A DNA stretch of 64,000 bases, taken from Bacillota bacterium (GTDB lineage: Bacteria > Bacillota > Limnochordia > Darwinibacteriales > DTU012). Every line of letters begins with the position of its first letter. Positions within the stretch are counted from its first letter, which is position 1. Below the pieces are notes generated by a model that did not search any database, was not told where the DNA came from, and worked only from the letters and a program-made list of their open reading frames with translations. The translations under genes were made by a program, and so were the position numbers. Below are positions 58,799-64,000 of the stretch, in pieces. Location: positions 3,082-67,081 of the forward strand of contig JAAYMV010000014.1 of assembly GCA_012521185.1 (NCBI GenBank), written 5' to 3'.

Positions 58799-60619
58799 AT
58801 GCAATCTAAGCTAGGAGTTGTTTCAATTATATTTTTGCTGTTATGTTCAGGCATTGTTAGTGCGCAGATTTCCGAGCAGCAGTTGGTGGATTTACTGATT
58901 ACTTTAGGTGATTCAAATCCAATGGTAGCCTGGGAAGCTCATCGTAACTTACAGAAACTTGCTCCGGAGTATCTTACCTTAAATGAAGTTGCGTTAGAAA
59001 AGGTATTGCCTAAGTTGGCAGATCCAACTGTCAGAGATAATGTGATCAATTTGTTTCTTCGTGCACCTGAGAGTGGTGTTAGCTTATTGATAAACACGAT
59101 CAAAGATTCGGAGACTTCCATATTACTTAAAGATCAAGCTATTCAGTTACTAGGTAAAATGACTGGAGAAACACAGCAGATAGTTGCTGTTTTAGTTGAA
59201 TTGTTAGAAAATGAGCAAACGCCATACTTAATAAGAGTTTCTGCTAGCGATATGTTAGCTAATTTGGAAGTAGCTGATCAATCTGAATTGGTAACCAGAG
59301 CTTTAGAGGAGGCAAAGTATCTTAACCAATACATATATAATGAGCAAATTGTTTTTCGGATTGATAATAATTTAGCAGAACCACTTGATAATCATCTAGT
59401 TGTTGGGGTATTAGCAATCCCTGAATTAGATATTAAATTAGAAGATTTAGCGGTAGTAGATGATCAAGGAAATCGGATTCAAGCTAGAATTAGAGAGCTA
59501 GCTAGTTGGTCAAGTGGCAGTCCACGGGTGGTGGAGATTTCTTTAGCAGTTAGTTTAGATGCTCATGGCGTAGCTACCTATTATTTGCAGTTGAGTGGTA
59601 CTACTGGATTTGCATCAAATATTAACAATAATGCAGTTAGTTTTAGTTTCTTTGGCGAAGGTATTTCAGGGTTTACAGATTTAGATCTACCATATCAGGA
59701 AGGGTGGAGTAATTTGATGATTGTAGCTAAAGATGGAAGTGGCCAGTTTGATAGTGTGCAAGCCGCTATCGACGCAGTTCCTGAAAACAACAAAGAGCGA
59801 GTTTATATTTATATTAAAAATGGTGTTTATAAAGAAAAGATTACTGTACCAGAAAATAAACCGTTCATTAGTCTAATTGGAGAAAGTAGTGAAGGTACCA
59901 TTTTAACCTATGATGATAGTGCTCGGACCATAGGCCCAGATGGCAAAGAATTAGGAACTACAGGAAGTTCTAGTTTTTTTGCTAAAGCAGATGATTTTAC
60001 GGCTGAAAATATTACCTTCCAGAATACCGCTGGCATGTATGCAGGGCAAGCAGTAGCAATTAGAACCTACGGTGATCGATGTATATTTAACAATTGTCGT
60101 TTCCTTGGTTATCAAGATACTTTGTATGTTACAGGTGGGCGACAATATTTTGTTAACTGCTATATTAAAGGTGATGTGGATTTTATTTTTGGCGATGCAA
60201 CTGCGGTTTTTGAAAACTGCGATATTGTGGCAACTAACAGACGAGAAGGTGGATATATCACAGCTGCATCTACCCCTGAAACATCAGAGTTTGGTTATTT
60301 AATAATCAATAGCCGTTTAATTGGGGAAGGTGAAGCCAATAAATTCTATTTAGGTCGTCCTTGGCGTCCTTATGGTGCAGTAGCAATTATTAATTCTTGG
60401 ATTGGAGATCATATTCGCCCAGAAGGGTGGCATAATTGGAGTAATCCAGCTAATGAGCAAACAGCTCGCTATGTTGAATATAATAATTCCGGTCCTGGAG
60501 CTGCTACTGAGCGAAGAGTTCCTTGGTCTACAGTATTAACAGCTGAAGAGGCAGCGAGATATACTGTGGAAAATGTTTTAAGAGGTAATGATGGGTGGAA
60601 TCCTAAATTGCGTGATTAG
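58799..60619 (+). CDS. Secreted pectinesterase (CE8) with N-terminal HEAT-like α-helical module related to that of the PL11 paralogues
   Basis: Signal peptide, ~160-aa helical module and a middle β-rich segment. CE8 motifs: GSGQFDSVQAAIDAVP, QAVAIR, GYQDTLY, DFIFG, LGRPW. Confidence 0.85.
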   Translation: MQSKLGVVSIIFLLLCSGIVSAQISEQQLVDLLITLGDSNPMVAWEAHRNLQKLAPEYLTLNEVALEKVLPKLADPTVRDNVINLFLRAPESGVSLLINTIKDSETSILLKDQAIQLLGKMTGETQQIVAVLVELLENEQTPYLIRVSASDMLANLEVADQSELVTRALEEAKYLNQYIYNEQIVFRIDNNLAEPLDNHLVVGVLAIPELDIKLEDLAVVDDQGNRIQARIRELASWSSGSPRVVEISLAVSLDAHGVATYYLQLSGTTGFASNINNNAVSFSFFGEGISGFTDLDLPYQEGWSNLMIVAKDGSGQFDSVQAAIDAVPENNKERVYIYIKNGVYKEKITVPENKPFISLIGESSEGTILTYDDSARTIGPDGKELGTTGSSSFFAKADDFTAENITFQNTAGMYAGQAVAIRTYGDRCIFNNCRFLGYQDTLYVTGGRQYFVNCYIKGDVDFIFGDATAVFENCDIVATNRREGGYITAASTPETSEFGYLIINSRLIGEGEANKFYLGRPWRPYGAVAIINSWIGDHIRPEGWHNWSNPANEQTARYVEYNNSGPGAATERRVPWSTVLTAEEAARYTVENVLRGNDGWNPKLRD

Positions 60620-60709
60620 TTGTTAACATGCTTAACCAAATGCTAACTTGCTAATTTACTTAAAAAATGTGATAATCATCACAAGGCAAGTTAGAAAGGG
60701 TGTCTTATA

Positions 60710-61366
60710 GTGATATACATGCTGGATACAGCTAATGTACAAGAGGTGGCTCGTTTATTAGAGCTTTATCCAATTGATGGAGTAACAACTAATCCATCGA
60801 TAATAGCTAAGGCTGGTAGACCGTTGAAAGAAACAATTGCTGATTTGCGTCGGTGCATTGGCGAAGATTTAATGCTTCATGTGCAACCGATTAGTGAAAC
60901 GGCAGAAGCGATGGTGGAAGATTCCTTAAGATATTACGACCTAGTTAAGGGCAATTATTATGCTAAGATACCGGTGACGCCGCAGGGCATTAAAGCCATT
61001 CAGATTCTGAAGTCTAAAGGAATCAAAGTGACCGCAACAGCTATTTTTACCCAGCAACAGGCTTTAATTGCTGCTAAGGCTGGAGCAGATTTTATAGCTC
61101 CTTATGTTAACCGTTTAGATAACATTTCATCGGATGGGATTGGCGTTGTTGCTGATATTATGCAGTTTATTAATGTATATAACTTTGACACTAAAGTACT
61201 AGCTGCTAGTTTTAAAAACGTAGAGCAAGTACATAGGGTGAGTTTATTAGGTGGACATTCGGTCACTATTGCACCTGATTTATTTGAATCATTGCTGTAT
61301 CACCCGTTAACTGAGAGTGCTATTACAGATTTTAAACGGGATGGTCTTCCATATTATCAAGAGTAA
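60710..61366 (+). CDS. Transaldolase-family protein (fructose-6-phosphate aldolase / TalC-type)
   Basis: 218 aa. N-terminus LDTANVQEVARL…DGVTTNPSIIAK with the Schiff-base Lys context (YYAKIP) typical of FSA/short transaldolases. Confidence 0.8.
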   Translation: MIYMLDTANVQEVARLLELYPIDGVTTNPSIIAKAGRPLKETIADLRRCIGEDLMLHVQPISETAEAMVEDSLRYYDLVKGNYYAKIPVTPQGIKAIQILKSKGIKVTATAIFTQQQALIAAKAGADFIAPYVNRLDNISSDGIGVVADIMQFINVYNFDTKVLAASFKNVEQVHRVSLLGGHSVTIAPDLFESLLYHPLTESAITDFKRDGLPYYQE

Positions 61367-61409
61367 AAGAAGAAACGCCATTGGATTGATTTTCCAATGG
61401 CGTTTTTTG

Positions 61410-62561
61410 TTAACCTTGCAAAGCTTGAGCTGCTTCTTTTAAGTACTCAATGATAGTTAGATTTTGAGGACAGGCATCCTCACACAGACCACATTCTTGA
61501 CAAAGGGATGCATCTGTGGATTTATCTATAAATCCTTTATATCTTCGGGCTCCACCAGCAAAATCATCCCAAATTGAAGCATCATTGTAAGTAGCAAATA
61601 TCTGTGGAATAGCAACTCCTTGAGGACATGGCAAGCAATATTGGCAATCAGTGCAATGAACACGGATTTTACTATGATAAAAATCTTTTACACGATTAAC
61701 TACATCAATTTCTTCTTCCGTCAAGGAATTTGGGTGTCCTTCATTAGCAGTTTTAATATTTTCTACTACTTGCTCCATGGTACTCATTCCGCTTAAAACT
61801 ACTGAAATTTCTGGATGGTTGTAGAGCCAGCGGAAAGCCCATTCTGCTGGAGTTCTTTTTACAGAAGCACTGTCCCAGATAGCTTGCACCTCGGGCGAGA
61901 GATTATTGGTTAGTCTTCCGCCACGTAATGGCTCCATAATTACTATGGCCATTCCTTTGGCAGCTGCGTAATGCATTCCTTCTAGACCGGCTTGGTAATT
62001 TTCGTCGATATAGTTTAATTGAATTTGGCAAACATCCCAATCATAACCGTCTACAATTTCCTTAAATACTTCTAATTTGTCGTGAAAAGAAAACCCTACA
62101 TGTTTGATTTTTCCATCCTTAACTGCCTGTTCTAAGAAGTCAAAGACTTTTAGTTCTTTTGCTTTTTCCCAACGGCTTTTATTTAGAGCATGTACTAAAT
62201 AAATATCCAAATAATCAGTTTGTAATCTAGTTAGCTGTTCGTCTAAAAGTCTGTTAAAGTCTTCATATTTCTCTGCTTTCCAGATTGGCAATTTAGTTAC
62301 TAAATTAACTTTTCCCCGATAGCCATCTTGTAAAGCATATCCTAATAATACTTCACTTTTTTCATCATGGTAAGTATAAGCAGTATCAATATAATTAATT
62401 CCATTGTCAATTCCATAACGAATCATTTTAATAGCTTCTTCTTTATCAATGTTGCCGACGTCGCTATTTTCGTCAGCGTCTTCCACTGTTGGTAATCGCA
62501 TACAACCAAAACCTAAAATAGATGTTTCTAAATTCGTTGAACCAAACTTACGATAAAGCAT
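61410..62561 (-). CDS. Aldo/keto reductase with C-terminal 4Fe-4S ferredoxin-like domain
   Basis: AKR core (GFGCMRLP, DTAYTYHD, LDIYLVHA) plus C-terminal CxxCxxC…CP clusters (CTDCQYCLPCP, CQECGLCEDACP). Likely start MLYRKFG (AAGGGGGA + 5 nt) rather than the upstream ATG. Confidence 0.75.
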   Translation of the reverse strand: MLYRKFGSTNLETSILGFGCMRLPTVEDADENSDVGNIDKEEAIKMIRYGIDNGINYIDTAYTYHDEKSEVLLGYALQDGYRGKVNLVTKLPIWKAEKYEDFNRLLDEQLTRLQTDYLDIYLVHALNKSRWEKAKELKVFDFLEQAVKDGKIKHVGFSFHDKLEVFKEIVDGYDWDVCQIQLNYIDENYQAGLEGMHYAAAKGMAIVIMEPLRGGRLTNNLSPEVQAIWDSASVKRTPAEWAFRWLYNHPEISVVLSGMSTMEQVVENIKTANEGHPNSLTEEEIDVVNRVKDFYHSKIRVHCTDCQYCLPCPQGVAIPQIFATYNDASIWDDFAGGARRYKGFIDKSTDASLCQECGLCEDACPQNLTIIEYLKEAAQALQG

Positions 62562-62797
62562 ACGTGTCCCCCTTAAAACAGAAGATATTATTATAACACC
62601 AAAACAGATTTTATCATATCTAATTGTTTTGGACAAATTCGCTAGCTTGTTTTATATTTGTTTATAAGTTGTTTTTACTGGATAAATGTGGTAATATATT
62701 AGTGAATTAAATAATTAATTTTAGTTCAACATTAGTCGTGATTGACTAATGGCACAAGCATTTATTATGTTAAATAAATGTTGGGAAGGGGATTGAA

Positions 62798-64000
62798 TTG
62801 AGTTCGAGAAAGCCTAGTAGTATTAGCGATCGATTTAGAAAACTTGTTGGTTGGCTAAACCTGCGTCAAACATTTAGGGACTTTTCTTTAGGTAATAAAA
62901 TCCGGATCGGATTTGTATTGCTTATTATTTGCTTTATGGTTATAATGGCTTATTTTGTTTATACCATTAATGTTGTAGACCGTTTAGTTGGTTACCAAGC
63001 TCAGTTAGAGACAGAAGTTGGTTATGTGGAAGAGATAGTATCGTTGAACAGAGCTCGTGGCTTAGCAGTAAATGATTATGTGATAACCGGGCGACAATCA
63101 GCATTAAATACTTTTAACCAACATAGTAACAGTATTCGCAAATATCGTAACCTGGTGTCAGAAGGATTGATTGGCGTTGAAGGACGCGAGGAATTAGCTG
63201 AAATATTCCGTAGAAGTCAGGGATTATTTGGTGAACTTGACGATTTATTACGGGATATGATTGACCTGGCAGAAGAAGGTGAAACAATTAGCATTGGCGA
63301 TACACGGCGTATGAATGATATGTTAGCTGTAATTATTGAAAATGATTCACAGTTAGTAGATTTAATTAGAGCTGAACGTGATCAAGCCGCAATCGCCACT
63401 CAAGAATACATAGATCAAATTCAGTTAGCTGTTGGAGTTACGATTCTAATTATAATTGCTGGAGCTATATTACTTTCGTTCTTGATTAGTAATTCCATCA
63501 TCAAGCAGGTTCGGATCTTGATTAATTATAGTAATCGTCTTGCTGAAGGAGATTTAACTGTGCAAGAGATTATGGCCAATAAAGATGAATTAGGCTATTT
63601 AAGTAATACATTCCAAAGAATGCGCGAACAACTTACTAATGTGATTAAAAATGTTATTGAATCTACACATACAATTAATCGCTATGCACAGGAATTAGCT
63701 TACGCTACAGATGAAGCTAGTGCTTCAGTTGAGGAAGTTGCAAAAACAGCCAATCAATTTGCTAATAATACAGAGCAAATCGATTCACAAGTTCAAGTCA
63801 TGGAAAAACAAGCCAATAATACTGTTAGTGAAGTGCAAGAAAGTGTTAATTTAGTGAATAAAGTTGTTGAGCAGATGAATAGTACCGAACAAGTGATTAC
63901 TGAGTTATCGAATACTATGAGTGGTTTAGGTGAACGTTCTCTGGAAATTAGTAAAATCATTGAAATGATCAGTAATATTTCTGATCAAACTAACTTACTA
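62798..64000 (+). CDS. Methyl-accepting chemotaxis protein (3' end outside window)
   Basis: TTG start after GGGAAGGGG. Two TM helices bracket a helical sensor region, followed by a HAMP domain (LAEGDLTV) and an MCP signalling domain running to the window edge (…ISDQTNLL). Confidence 0.75.
   Translation, partial: MSSRKPSSISDRFRKLVGWLNLRQTFRDFSLGNKIRIGFVLLIICFMVIMAYFVYTINVVDRLVGYQAQLETEVGYVEEIVSLNRARGLAVNDYVITGRQSALNTFNQHSNSIRKYRNLVSEGLIGVEGREELAEIFRRSQGLFGELDDLLRDMIDLAEEGETISIGDTRRMNDMLAVIIENDSQLVDLIRAERDQAAIATQEYIDQIQLAVGVTILIIIAGAILLSFLISNSIIKQVRILINYSNRLAEGDLTVQEIMANKDELGYLSNTFQRMREQLTNVIKNVIESTHTINRYAQELAYATDEASASVEEVAKTANQFANNTEQIDSQVQVMEKQANNTVSEVQESVNLVNKVVEQMNSTEQVITELSNTMSGLGERSLEISKIIEMISNISDQTNLL

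Noticed and set aside
1-64000. CRISPR arrays, tRNA/rRNA genes, IS elements, integrases, phage genes
   Set aside because: I saw no regularly spaced direct repeats, no cloverleaf-compatible 70-90-nt conserved RNA stretches between genes, and no transposase/integrase/terminase-like ORFs. The window looks like stable chromosome.

Overview
This is about 64 kb of AT-rich chromosome with short intergenic spacers, AGGAGG-type ribosome-binding sites and frequent GTG/TTG starts. That pattern fits a low-GC Gram-positive-type anaerobe, possibly a halophilic Clostridia lineage; this is an inference from gene content (multi-subunit Mrp antiporter, hemerythrin, rubrerythrin, flavodiiron protein, thiol peroxidase), not a demonstrated assignment. 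I found no rRNA, tRNA, CRISPR array, transposase or integrase. The first ~12 kb is housekeeping: a DegV-family gene (5' partial), cardiolipin synthase, an ArsB/NhaD-type permease, a metallophosphoesterase, a CopA P-type ATPase behind a strong promoter with an embedded perfect palindrome, a PII-like protein, a hemerythrin–CheX pair, uracil-DNA glycosylase, a MATE transporter and SAICAR synthetase (PurC). The core of the window is a dispersed pectin / rhamnogalacturonan / arabinose utilisation region. A degenerate-GGDEF/EAL c-di-GMP phosphodiesterase sits 34 bp upstream of three tandem, diverged paralogues (about 2.7 kb each). Each paralogue is a secreted PL11-type rhamnogalacturonan lyase carrying an unusual N-terminal ~300-aa HEAT-like α-helical module. 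The same kind of N-terminal module reappears on a secreted CE8 pectinesterase 37 kb away. The region also holds two PL1-like pectate lyases, araB-araD, a GH43 glycosidase, a lectin-like/FG-GAP β-propeller protein, an MMPL/RND-type transporter co-transcribed with araA, and a transaldolase/FSA-family aldolase. Interspersed are a ten-gene Mrp/Mbh-like cation:proton antiporter operon (E-F-G, MrpB split into three ORFs, C, D, D', A'), tpx and rubrerythrin, a PAS membrane sensor divergent from a 1425-aa double-activase (BadF/BcrA/HgdC-type) fusion protein, birA-bioY, a DUF3298 protein, a GpsA-like dehydrogenase, a flavodiiron protein, malQ, a second PAS-GGDEF-EAL protein, an Fe-S aldo/keto reductase and a 3'-truncated methyl-accepting chemotaxis protein. 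All functional calls rest on motif recognition by eye; no database searches were possible.
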